Source: Leucoraja ocellata (taxonomy: Eukaryota). Taken from it: a stretch of 64,000 nt of DNA. Under the pieces are notes generated by a model that saw nothing but the letters and a program-made list of their open reading frames with translations, was not told where the DNA came from and searched no databases. A program made the position numbers and the translations under genes. How positions within the stretch are numbered: the first letter of the stretch is position 1; every line of letters starts with the position of its first letter. Location: NCBI GenBank assembly GCA_036785375.1, contig JAWMAR010000283.1:124001-188000 (forward strand), written 5' to 3'. Below are positions 53,080-64,000 of this stretch, piece by piece.

Positions 53080-53295
53080 AGGAAAACACAAAGTGCTGGA
53101 GCAATTCAAAGGGTCAGGCAGCATCCCTGGAGGACATGGATAGGTGACGTTTCGGGTCGGATCCTTTTGAGTCCCGACCCGACCACGATTTGTCACCGAT
53201 TCATGTTTTCCAGAGATGCTGCCTGACCCTCTGAGCTAATCCAGCACTGAGTGGCCTTTTTTTTGTAAACCAGCATCCGCAGTCTCTTGTATCCA
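53080..53295. mobile_element. Penelope-derived foldback
   Basis: Inverted arms gggtcaggcagcatc.../...gatgctgcctgaccc. Confidence 0.7.
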
Positions 53296-53389
53296 CATGG
53301 GAAACACAGATGGTGAAGTAAAGGGATCAAGTATTACACGTCTGAAAGCCAATACCAATGTGCAGTCATCAAAATGCAGTTTGCAAAAA

Positions 53390-53818
53390 CAACTTGCTGG
53401 AGTAACTCAGCGGGTTAAGCCGCATCACCGGAGAACATGGATAGGTGATGTTGTGGGTTGGGATTCGTCTCCAGCTTGTTCTTCTACAACACACAAGCTC
53501 ACATGGTCTCGCAAACACACACATGCACACGCACATACACATTCAGACACACACGCGCACACGCACATACACATTCAGACACACACGCGCACACGCACAT
53601 ACACATTCAGCCACACACGCGCACACGCACATACACATTCAGACACACACGCGCACAACACCGAAGCACGCAAGCAACCATGGTCAAACGCATGGTCACG
53701 GAACAAAATGTTTGTGTACTGAAGAAGGGTCTCGACCCGAAACGTCACCCATTCCTTTTCCCCAGAGATGCTGCCTGTCCCGCTGAGTTACTCCAGCTTT
53801 GTGTGTTCATCTTCAGTG
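53390..53818. mobile_element. Penelope-derived arms flanking a minisatellite; best hammerhead-like core at 53719-53746
   Basis: CTGAAGA-A-GGGTCTCGACCC-GAAAC-GTC followed by the family tail. Confidence 0.65.
53517..53657. repeat. 32-bp CA-rich minisatellite (about 4.5 units)
   Basis: Unit acacacgcgcacacgcacatacacattcagac. Confidence 0.9.
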
Positions 53819-55574
53819 TTAGTGTACCGGTTGATCACTAGTCGGCACGGACTCGGTGGGCCAAAGGGGCCCCTTTCCTTGCTGCATCTCGAAAGTCTAA
53901 AGCATGCACGTTTACCTGCGCATGAGTGACATTTGCCGTTTCCACCCTCCCTGCCTCCAAAACTAAGCCGAATATGATACACACCAGGACACTGCAGGGT
54001 GGAGAATTGCTCAACCCTACCTCGGTAGGCCATGGCTTTTAGTCTTCATGTAAATCAGTGCCTGTCACTGCATGCATGATTCACTGCTCAGAGTGAACTG
54101 TTCTGTGACGAATGAGCCCTGCTTAATTTGGCAGTGATTATGCAGGCTGCTAGCCCCCTAAACCCCTTTGAACTTGTAATTGCTGCTGGTTTAAATAATG
54201 AACATTAAGGTGGGGGGGGATCTCAGAAAAGTGTGGATAATTACAGGGTTTTTTTCTTTTCGCTGGCAAAGGGTGGCTGAGGTGACTCTGACCCGTCGGT
54301 ATCAAAGTAGCCTGCGCAAGATTGCTTTGACACCAGGAAATCTCAAGAGCCCATGAGAAAGGAGGAGCAATGGTGGCAATGAATATTCATGTCAGACCCT
54401 GCTTCCACCTCTGTTGCTGTCTTGCTTTCTATTTCTTTTGTGGTAAATTAAAGCAGCTCACAAATATGTAACATGCAGAAAAGGAGCGCTTTAATAGTTG
54501 CACTCTGGGACGTGCTCAGACGTCCAAAATTATTGTACCATTGAAAAGAAAATCTGTCTAAGTTTGAGGTAACTTGTACTTACATAGTTTTGCATGACAC
54601 GTCACAACTGATGTAGAATGCACCCAAATCATAAAAACCTTTCAATGCACTAGGGCCGTGTTTAATTTCCAAGTTAATCAGTGAAGATTTATAGCAGCAC
54701 AGGCAAACTAAACATTAAAACTCTCTGTGTCTGTTTTTGATTTTACTACTTGCCTCCCCTTCATTCGACTCCCCTCCCACCCCACAGAATCCTTCTTTGT
54801 CTATTTGCACTTTTGCTCTGGATTTTCTTTATCCTGGTGTGAGACGAATATCAAAGACCTATGCTATTTGTAGGCCTCCAGCGCATAACAACATCTCAAT
54901 GGTACATTTTTAGAACCTGCGTCAAAACATGGCACCCAATGATTAATGGCCACTACATTGAAAGCAGTAGCCCGTCAACGACGCCCTCCAGCAAGGCTGC
55001 GGAAGAGTACGCAACCCTGCTCTGCTAAGGTTGGCGCTGCCAAAGTATCCAGACCCAGAGGATGACTGACACAAAGCAACACAAGAAAACACTCAGCTAA
55101 ACTACCAATCCTAGCACGCGTTGCCAATTCAGGCGCACATCGCCATACCTTCTCATTACATTCCACATAATCAATAGGGTCCGTGTGATTGAAAGAGGAA
55201 CATAGTCGAAACGATCTGGGGTTTCAGTGCCGAAAATGAAAGGTCATCGTGGTAAAGTCATTTTCTGGCTATTTCACGCGAGGGCTGGTGAATTCTTTAT
55301 CTTAATCTTTTCCATTTTGATCTTGCATTGTTGGAATATTAAGTGGCAGACACTGCCAGGAAGGTGAAGATGGATTAATTAAAAAGCACATTTAGGTGTT
55401 AGGTGAAAATTTATTAATGTGAAACTACATAAATTGTACAGAAATACTCTTAACTTTAAATTTAGAAAGCTTTTCTGAAAGCGTTTCTCTTGTTACTGTT
55501 AGTTCAGTTTAAAACACATCCTACAAGAACTACAGAGGATCCAAATAGAGGGATAGCACCGATTTTTTCGGCAA

Positions 55575-55830
55575 CTGAAAACAGGCCCTTCGGCCCACCG
55601 AGTCCGCGCCGATCCCCGTACTACCCCGCAGGATAATACACGAGCACTATCCAACGGACAATTTACAATTTTTTTTTTACCAAAGCCAATTAACCTAAAA
55701 CCCTATATGTCTTTGGAATATGGTGATACCGTAGCACCTTGGGAAAATCCACGTGATCCTGGGGAGAATGTATAAACTCCCCACAGACAGTCAGGATCAA
55801 TCTGGGGTCTCTGGCGCTGTACGACACCAG
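55575..55830 (-). mobile_element. HE1-type V-SINE (degenerate)
   Basis: Similar to the other copies. Confidence 0.75.
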
Positions 55831-56081
55831 CTCCAGTTCACTGGGCGGCCACAGATGACATTGCATGCTGCGGACACTCCTTCAGGCCATGTGCCTCCTT
55901 CCCAAAAGAGTTCATTCACATTTTATATTTGTTCTATTTAAGTTCTAGTAATCTATGGAGCTATAGAGAGGCAGGAGGGGTTTAATTAGTGGGTGAGAGG
56001 TGTATTGTAGAATTATAATTATGTGACCTCTGTTGGTCTGGCAAAATGGACTAAGGGTGCCAGAAAAATCAGTGGCGGGCC

Positions 56082-56403
56082 TTTAGTTTAATTTAGTTTA
56101 GAGATACAATGTGAAAACAGGCCCGACAGTCCACCAAGTCTGAACTGACCAACGATCATCACACACTAACACTATCCTACACACACTAGGGACAATTTGC
56201 AATTTTACCAAAGCCGATTACCCTACAAGCCTGTACATCTTTGGAGTGTGGGAGGAAACCGGGGCACTTGAAGAAACCCCATGCAGGTCACGGGGAGAAT
56301 GTACAAACTGTACGATCATACAGACAACCCCTGTGGTTAGGGTCGAACCCGGGTCACTGGCACATTAAGGCAGCAACTTACTTCTGCACCACCGTGCCAC
56401 CCC
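56082..56403 (-). mobile_element. HE1-type V-SINE
   Basis: Near full-length similarity. Confidence 0.85.
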
Positions 56404-57479
56404 AACCTGCAGCTGTTTAGAAAATAACGTAAATGACAAGCTGACATTTTAATAATTCTGCACTCTATATTTTTAGCAACCAGTCTCTTTGAGGGACATA
56501 TTCTATTGACACGGAAAGCACAGATTAGTCTTCTCAGGTTTTACAGTAAGTACTCTATTGTAGGAAAGGGAACTGCAAGCCTTAGTTTCAAAAAGCTCTG
56601 AAGGAAAACCAATTCCTTGCCATGCTCAGCAGTTCTTATGCTGTCTCCTCTTTATGTTTCATGGATAAAGTCATCAACAAGCAGAGTTTTTGACTTCTTC
56701 TAGTTCAAAAATATTTATTCTCTTTGATGTGTAGCTAAGCTAGATTTGGGATTTACACTTGATAAAAAAAAATCTGTAAAGCATGAAAAAAAAAGCATCT
56801 TGCCATTAAATGAGAAAGAAATGCTCAAAACATTGTAATAATTCCAGCTGTATTATAATTCAAGCCTTTGCCAATCTTCTTGTAGTAGTCTCTGTACAAA
56901 TGAATCATATATTAGAAGCCAAGGTAAAGCGATAGCCATTTCAAATATGTCACTTAACCTGGTATGCCAGCCTCTTCTCTGAGAATGCATATTTATACTT
57001 TTATTGTAGCAACCAGCTGAACACTAGGATCAAGCTAAGCTGAGAAAATGCGGCAATAAGGATCAATTTTTCTCCTCTTCTAGCTCAAGATATTTCACAC
57101 CAATTAGAGGCAAAATTGTGCTCACTATTGGTATCATCAGCCTATAACTGAGCTCATTGAGAAGAAAATAATGAAAATAATGTCAAACCAGTTGCGAAAT
57201 GAACTTAATTCTGATATTTAAAGGCACTGAAAAAAAAATTGAATTAAAATAGTTTTTGACAATAAACTCGGAGTTTTGCTTTTTTCCCCCGAATAAGTTG
57301 ACCCAATTATTTAAAAGAAAGACAAAGCATTTCACTGTACCTAGATACATGTGACAATAAAGTATCATCCTCAGAACTACACTGTGCTAAATAAATGACC
57401 ATTCTGGCATCACCCTGAGTCCTCACGATTGCCAAGGTGTAATTTCCTGCAACTTGGATCTAAGAGGGTTTAAATGCCA

Positions 57480-57725
57480 AAGATAGACACAAAAAGCTGG
57501 AGTAACTCAGCAGGCCAGGCTCTGGAGAAAAGGAATAGGTGATGTTTCAGGTTAAGACCCTGGCTCAGATTGAGACTCGGGGGAGAGGGAACCAAGAGAC
57601 ACGAAAAGGTACATGGAGCAAATTAATGAAAGATATGCAAAAAGTCAGATCAAAGCCAGGAACAGTGATCAAGCTCTTTGCGTCTATCTTCAGTGTAAAC
57701 CAGCATCTGCAGTTCCTTCCTATAC
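57480..57725. mobile_element. Penelope-derived foldback (deleted)
   Basis: aagatagacacaaaaagctggag ... ctttgcgtctatcttcagtgtaaaccagcatctgcagttcc. Confidence 0.65.
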
Positions 57726-58139
57726 ATTTTACATGCCTGATGACTTCTGGCCCTATAAAATATGTAGCTGGATGCCCTGGAGCAGTTCAAGTAACGATTC
57801 AAAACGAGTAGATTTCTAAACTCGTTGCAGAGTTCTGTTTAATTTCTCTTTTTTTTTGTGGTTAAGAAAGGTTAATTACTGCAATCTAGGAAGGGTTAAT
57901 GGCTCCCATCTCCTAGCTTCATGACTTCATGTGAGAGAACAGGACAAAGACAACAGATGGCAGACAGTGTTTGACTTCTGTCCTTTCCATTGTTACTGAA
58001 AAGGCTGCAGAACCTTGATTGATAAAAAGCAAAGGCTTTGGTGGCCTTGGCCATAATTATCTGATAGCTCTGTGACGGATGAGCCCTGGAACATTTACTT
58101 TTCTATAGACATGGTCTTTGACAAGTGAACTGTCCCTAG

Positions 58140-58154
58140 GTTGCTATGGGTGAC
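58140..58154. promoter_or_regulatory. Candidate RFX X-box
   Basis: GTTGCTATGGGTGAC; its reverse complement GTCACC-CAT-AGCAAC fits GTNRCC-N3-RGYAAC. Confidence 0.4.
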
Positions 58155-60739
58155 CAAAGTGCTGACATCGAGCCCCTTCACCACACAAGTACATGACAAA
58201 TGAGGCTAGCAGCCTCAATCCATTTTGAATCTCGGGGACTACCACCCCTCACCCACTGCCCAACAGAAAATAACCTACCCAATGGACATCAATGGGTTAA
58301 ATTGAGACTACTGATTCCAAACTTAAATTTGCATATGTTTAAAAGAAAGCAGACATTCATAATAAGTCGAGGTACAGCTGCTTTTCACAATCTTGGCAGA
58401 TTGCACCATCTCGTCAGCAACGCTGCTTTTATTTACTTGTTTCTCCCACCCGGCAAAGCCTGATAACTGTACAAAACAACCTCAACTTTGGCAATTATCG
58501 AAGTAAACAATAAGCTGATGTGTTCCAGCTGCAGAAGATGCAGCAGCAGCCTCGCCAGTTGAGCTGCTGTCCACTCTAATGCAACATGGCAGGACACAAA
58601 AGAGGCCCTGCCTGCTCCACCACTGCTGCAAAAGAGCAGCCCGTCATCAAGGGTGTGCTATAGCTCTGTGTCCCCGCTGTATTGGGCGGCCTAGTCTTTG
58701 TGTTAGGCAAACATCCTCCCCTTGGTTAAGGCTGCCTATAGTCATGCTGTAAAATGGTTCACTGTCAGCCTAACAGCTCAAAGGCCATGTGTGTTGTATC
58801 AAACTTAATGATAATTTTCATCACCAGAGTACTGCCATGGCAACAGAAATAGAACTGTGCCTATGACGAAAATTGGCTATAACTTATGTTCACAAACTAT
58901 CAATTGTTTTTTTTCCCCTCTCTTTGCGCATTACATTTTGGTGATCTTCCAACTTACCTCTCCACTCCTTCAATTTGATTCAGGCTGGGTTTGAATAAGA
59001 AACTATTTGAATTTCAACTTCCAGCTTTACACAAAGGACTAATTTCAAGGAACTCGTTGAGGCATTTCATTTGGGAGGGATTTTTCTTTTAACCTTCTGA
59101 AAAGGAAACAATTTTGTTCCAACAAAACCCCCCACTTTCCAAGGGGAAGCCCAAGCGCTTGAAATAAAAGGCATCTCAATGCGCTGTTGCAACAAAGATA
59201 AGGACACCTCTGAAATTTGATGAGAGTGTTTACAAGGGAAGGGTCTTTGTGTCTGAGCACTTCCTGCTTCCATTCTGTGATCAAATATGTTCTTTGCAAA
59301 TCATGTAGGAGAGTACTTGAGTGCAAAGGCAAAGGGAACTAAGGGCTAATTGAGTGGTTTGAGGGCTTCTCAATGTATCTAATTTAAGGACCTCTCTCTC
59401 TTGCAGCCAATAAAAATCACCCTTGGCAAGATATCTCTCCTGCTTGCTTTCGAATGTAGTTTAAACCGAGTCAAAGCAATAAGAGTTTGCTGATTATACT
59501 CAATGGCAAGGTTGCTGAGCAAAATCGATAAAGGAATGTGCCAGGTTCAATTATGTTCCATTGTGATTTAATTTGCATGGCGGTGTGGGGAGGGGATGTA
59601 AATGTAGAATACCTGCATTTCCAAGTGCCCTCCGAGTGGCATGTGTCAAGGATTGCTACTCTATTCACAAAATGGCGCAAAACTTAAGTTACTTGCAGTT
59701 CAGTGTTTAGAATTCAAATAAACAACACATTTGCACGTGAAATAATCGCCTCTATATTTCATTAGTGTTCACTCCCCTTCACCCATTATAAGATGCAAGA
59801 CTTGAAAAACGCTCGGCAGCAGCAGAAAACAAAAGTCTGTAAAAAATGAATACAAACTACTTTTTCCCCCCTCTATGCTGCATTAAACTAACTGCCTGGA
59901 ATTGTTGTGGCTGGCCTTTGTTGTTTTTGTCCCTTAGAGTTGTCCAGAGGAGGTGACAATGGCTCAGAGTTGAGAACATATGTAAAAAGACCCCTGTGGC
60001 TGTTGGAAAAGTTGCTCATGCTGCTTGGGTGTTTGAAAAATAACAACCAATGTTCCTTTCTTCCGACAAAACTAATGAATGCATGAATGTTAGAATGCAG
60101 CAGCGACCCATTCAGAGTGGAAAGCCTGAGCACCTTCCCTGTAAGAGTGCATTCTGCATTGGTGAAATACATTTGCTTAACAAATTAAATTAATGAGATA
60201 ATTCAATTAGTCTTTTTGATGTGAAAATACTGCTTAAGGAAAGGATTACTGTAGTGCAGGGGTAGTTTGGCCTCTACAAAGAGGTGAATGTTGAAATAAT
60301 GCATTGAAAATAAGAGAGGGACAATGATGTGAGTTTTGCTCTGAATTCTGCAGCGACTTGAGTTGTGCACTTGTTTGCATTTGCAAGGGCCAGATGGGGA
60401 AATTCTCACATTACTCCAGTTGCACGGAAACAAAATCGTTCGTCAATAAACTGGGAAATGTCAAGGCTGAGCAGGAGCCAAGCAAAGTAAAAGTTTCTGA
60501 CTTGCGTGTGGAAGGAGTGCTCTGTTCGGCGCTCCTGCCAAGGCTTTTTACACAAACAGGCAGCCATGCTCTTTAGGACAAGGAGGGAAAACCTCCTGGC
60601 AACTTCCTCTGCAATGCTCGCTCCATTCCAAATTAAAAACATTTTACAGGTTACTAAATCTCCAGCTGAGGTGATGTAGCAAAGAACAGCTGTGAAGTAA
60701 TTTTGATAATGATGAGAATAATAAGCACATGGCAAGGTT

Positions 60740-60903
60740 NNNNNNNNNNNNNNNNNNNNNNNNNNNNNNNNNNNNNNNNNNNNNNNNNNNNNNNNNNNNN
60801 NNNNNNNNNNNNNNNNNNNNNNNNNNNNNNNNNNNNNNNNNNNNNNNNNNNNNNNNNNNNNNNNNNNNNNNNNNNNNNNNNNNNNNNNNNNNNNNNNNNN
60901 NNN
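60740..60903. other. Assembly gap (164 N)
   Basis: Run of N. Confidence 1.
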
Positions 60904-61724
60904 CATGTTCTGTCTAATTCCTCTGTGCAAATGGGCACAGGGCACCTGACCTCGAGAAAGGCCATAGCTGCAAGGCAGAATACCCACTGCTTCCACAGAG
61001 CAGTGACCATTCTGGTTAATCCTGACCCCTGAGCCACAATCAATATACCTTCATTTACTAATAATGTCTTCACATCAAAGTGACAGATAAGAAACAGGGA
61101 TCCAATATTCACCATTTATTTAGCTATCTCTCTCTCTCTCATTTTTGTTTTAAGTTGCAAAATAGTTTTGAGTTCCAATAAGACTTTTAAATGGTCTGCT
61201 TTATTTTGCATCCATCATCGAAACAGGAAAGCATTTTGCTCTCTTGGAGTTGCGATTCCGCCTTAGTATGTGCATTGAGAAAGGATTAAACCCAGAACCT
61301 TACAGCTGAAAGGTTGGTAAACAGATTTCTGTGAGTTGCTTGTTCTCTCCTTTCTAAAGTTCTCCAATAAGAACAAACATTCGTACAAGTTCTGAACACT
61401 TACACAGTCAACACTTCACAAGGAAAATATCTGGAGGCCAACAAGTTGCTCCATTACCCTATTAGCCTGGTTTAGTACTGCTGATTAGAGGCAGCTCAGA
61501 GGGAAGCATTTTAATATATACCTGCCCCTCATGTGATGTTATGACTACCCACTGAAGTGGCAAAGTGAATGGAGAATACTGTCATTAATCCAATCTACTC
61601 AAATGCCGGATGCTACAAGAGTGCGTCTACCTCACATGATGAGAGGAAGAGTTTACACGTTGGCTGTTCCTGGACAATTTCTATGCAGCAGTGTCACACC
61701 ATAATAAAAGGTAACAAAAAGTTA

Positions 61725-62450
61725 CACAACATGCTGGAACAGCACCTCATACAGTATTTCACTTGGGCAGTTTACAACCCAGCAGTATGAATATGAATCC
61801 TCTAATTTCAGGTAGCCCTTGCATTCCCTCTCTCTCTGCCCCACCCCCAATTTAGTCACCCTGCTGGTTCCACTGTTCACATTCATATACCCTTTCGTGA
61901 TCACCTCTTCCACAGCCAACAATGGATCATTGTGGCTCCACCTTTCCTTGGTTATTGGTGCCGGCTCTGATTTGTTTTGAACCTTTTCATACCCCTAGTT
62001 TCACTTTCCCCTTCTCAAGAAGGGTCTCAACCGAAATGTCACCCGTCCAAGTTCTCCAGAGATGCTGCCTGACCTGCTGAGTTACTGCAGCAGATAGACA
62101 CAAACTGCTGGAGTATCTCAGTGGGGTCAGGCAGCATCTCTGGAAATAAATAGGTGTCATTTCGGTTGAGACTGAGAGTCAGGGGAAAATGAAACTAGAG
62201 GTATGAAAAGGTTCAAAACAAATCAAGAGCCGGCACCAATAACCAAGGAAAGGTGGAGCCACAATGGTCTGTTGTGGATTGGCTGTGGAAGAGACAAAGT
62301 GAATGGAGAATACTTTGCATCTCCCATTATCATCATATTTGCCTCATCTATCTGTGTTCCCCAGAGATGCTGCCTGATCCGCTGACTTACTCCAGCACTA
62401 TGTGTCCTATTGCGTATTAACCAGCATCTGCAACTCCTTGTTTCCACACA
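61725..62450 (+). mobile_element. Penelope-like element 3' end (GIY-YIG domain C-terminus) with inverted duplication
   Basis: Frameshifted LEQHLI/FHLGSLQPSSMN/SNFR* at about 61734-61815, pyrimidine-rich UTR, degenerate hammerhead core and tail, then an inverted copy of about 190 bp. Confidence 0.75.
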
Positions 62451-63384
62451 ACAAGAAGTTACCAACCTTCCAAACATTCAGGGCAATTAGTGGAGAATAT
62501 GGGCGATTAAAGATTTGTATGCAAGGCAATTAGTGGGGAAATTAACGCTTACAAAGAAATAAAATTCAACGGTGATGCACGTCTGTGTGTGAACACACAC
62601 AGGGCCTGGCTTAACCGTGCTGTAAAACTAGAGCCTACTAAAGTCACCGTGAAATTAGATGCTGGGTAAAAGTTTGAGAGTGAGTTCTAAAGGGATAACA
62701 ATCCCAATATTTCTGGGGTAGGTGCAGGGGAGGGTGAAAATACCAGTTCTGCAGAGGTGCTGATGAATTTAACAACAGCTCTTTATTCTGGTTAATTTCT
62801 TCATACTCCAAGTTGACCGATCGACAGAGTAAAGAGGTAACCAGCTGTAGGACGGACAGTTAGAGAAAGCCAGCCAGGGAGATGCCGGGCACCCTTAGCA
62901 ACCTGGAGGGAGGTTGGGTGCAAGATAAAGTCTGGGATGAATGGGAATCAGAGGGTATTATTAGCCAGGGGGTGAAGAAAGAAGCACTCAGGCTGAGAAG
63001 GAAAAATAATGTTCTGGGTTGGGAAACAAAGCAATCAGGAGAGAGATTGCTGGAATTCATGGGGGGTAAGAGATGGGAAGAGAGAGACGTTTTTGGAAAT
63101 GGCCAGAAATCACATTGTGCTGTGAAGAACTGGAGAGGGAGAGAGAATAACAAAAAGAGTGAAAGGAATGCCGATTCTGGAACTGGAGGGTAGATGGCCT
63201 CCATCATGGCGTGGTACACAGATTGGCAATTGGGAGGGCAGAGTTATTGGGCGGTCTGGAGCTGGAGTGTTGGAGAAGAGAGAATATTCCTCCCCATGCA
63301 ACTGAATTCTTGACCTCATCAGTTGACCTCAATTGTTATGAATTGAGAACAATATCTCCTCGTTGCGGAACATCTGCACAGGGC

Positions 63385-63712
63385 CAACTCAGGGCTGTGT
63401 GCTCAGTCCCCTATTCTACTCTCTCTCTCTCTCTCTACCCATGACTGTGGAGCCAGATGCAGCTCCAAAGCAGTCTTTCAATTTGCCGATGATACCGCCA
63501 GCGTTGGAAGAATGTTGAGTAATGACGAGCCAAAGTAGAGGAGGGAGATCAATAACCTGGTTGAGTGGTGCTAGAACATTAGCAAGACCAAGGAGCTGAC
63601 TGCTGACTTCGGAAAGGGAAACCTGAGAAAACGTCCACCCATCAACATTGGCGGGACAGTATTGGAGAGAGTCAACAGTTTCAAGTTCTTGAGCGTACAC
63701 ACCTCTGATGAT
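63385..63712 (+). mobile_element. Rex1/Babar reverse-transcriptase fragment
   Basis: QGCVLSPLFYSL...HDC...FQFADDT...LVEWC...ISKTKEL..DF...ERVNSFKFL. Confidence 0.8.
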
Positions 63713-64000
63713 CTCATAGGTTCATAAGTTCTAGGACCGGAATTAAGCCATTTGGCCCATCAAGTCTACGCCGCCATTCAACCTGGGTTGATCTATCTTT
63801 CCCTCTCAACTCCATTCTCCTCCCTTCGCCCCATAACCCCTGATACCCTTACTATGCAAAAATAATTTCACAGTGCAGTTGCATATGTGACATATAGAGC
63901 ACCATTGAAACATTTAAGAATCTGTCAATCTATGCCTTAAAAATATCCATTGACTAGGCCTCCACAGCGTCTGTGGCAATGAATTCTACAAATTCACCAC
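63713..64000 (-). mobile_element. CR1-type LINE 3' end (runs off the window)
   Basis: Similar to the 11395 and 26210 copies, with a short internal insertion. Confidence 0.75.

Noticed and set aside
53297-53841. His/Thr-rich ORFs in three frames
   Set aside because: Translation of the 32-bp CA-rich minisatellite; no splice or homology support.
60555-60615. cagccatgctct resembling MEIS exon 8 (MRAWLF) on the minus strand
   Set aside because: Surrounding translation does not match [23 protein letters not shown]; chance match.

Overview
Vertebrate genomic DNA, almost certainly a cartilaginous fish (probably a skate/ray, inferred from the HE1-type V-SINEs and CR1, Rex1/Babar and Penelope repeats). 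The whole window lies inside one minus-strand gene, the TALE homeobox gene MEIS2. Four exons are readable (numbered as human MEIS2): exon 9 at 42756-42832 (homeodomain), exon 10 at 4434-4492 (followed by a GC-AG donor), exon 11 at 1914-2024 (alternative acceptor at 2003) and stop-containing cassette exon 12 at 1513-1608. Exon 8 and terminal exon 13 were not found and probably lie outside the window. The rest is intron: repeat-poor blocks that look like conserved enhancers alternate with dense, often nested transposon relics. Best leads: (1) Penelope-derived foldback elements with hammerhead-ribozyme-like cores and 16-18 bp target-site duplications; (2) two composite DR2/DR5 retinoic-acid response elements with identical architecture in intron 9; (3) human-like alternative-splicing hardware; (4) a 20-bp motif duplicated about 4 kb apart in otherwise unique DNA. 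There are two assembly gaps. Repeat boundaries were read by eye and are approximate; no prokaryote-type system is present.
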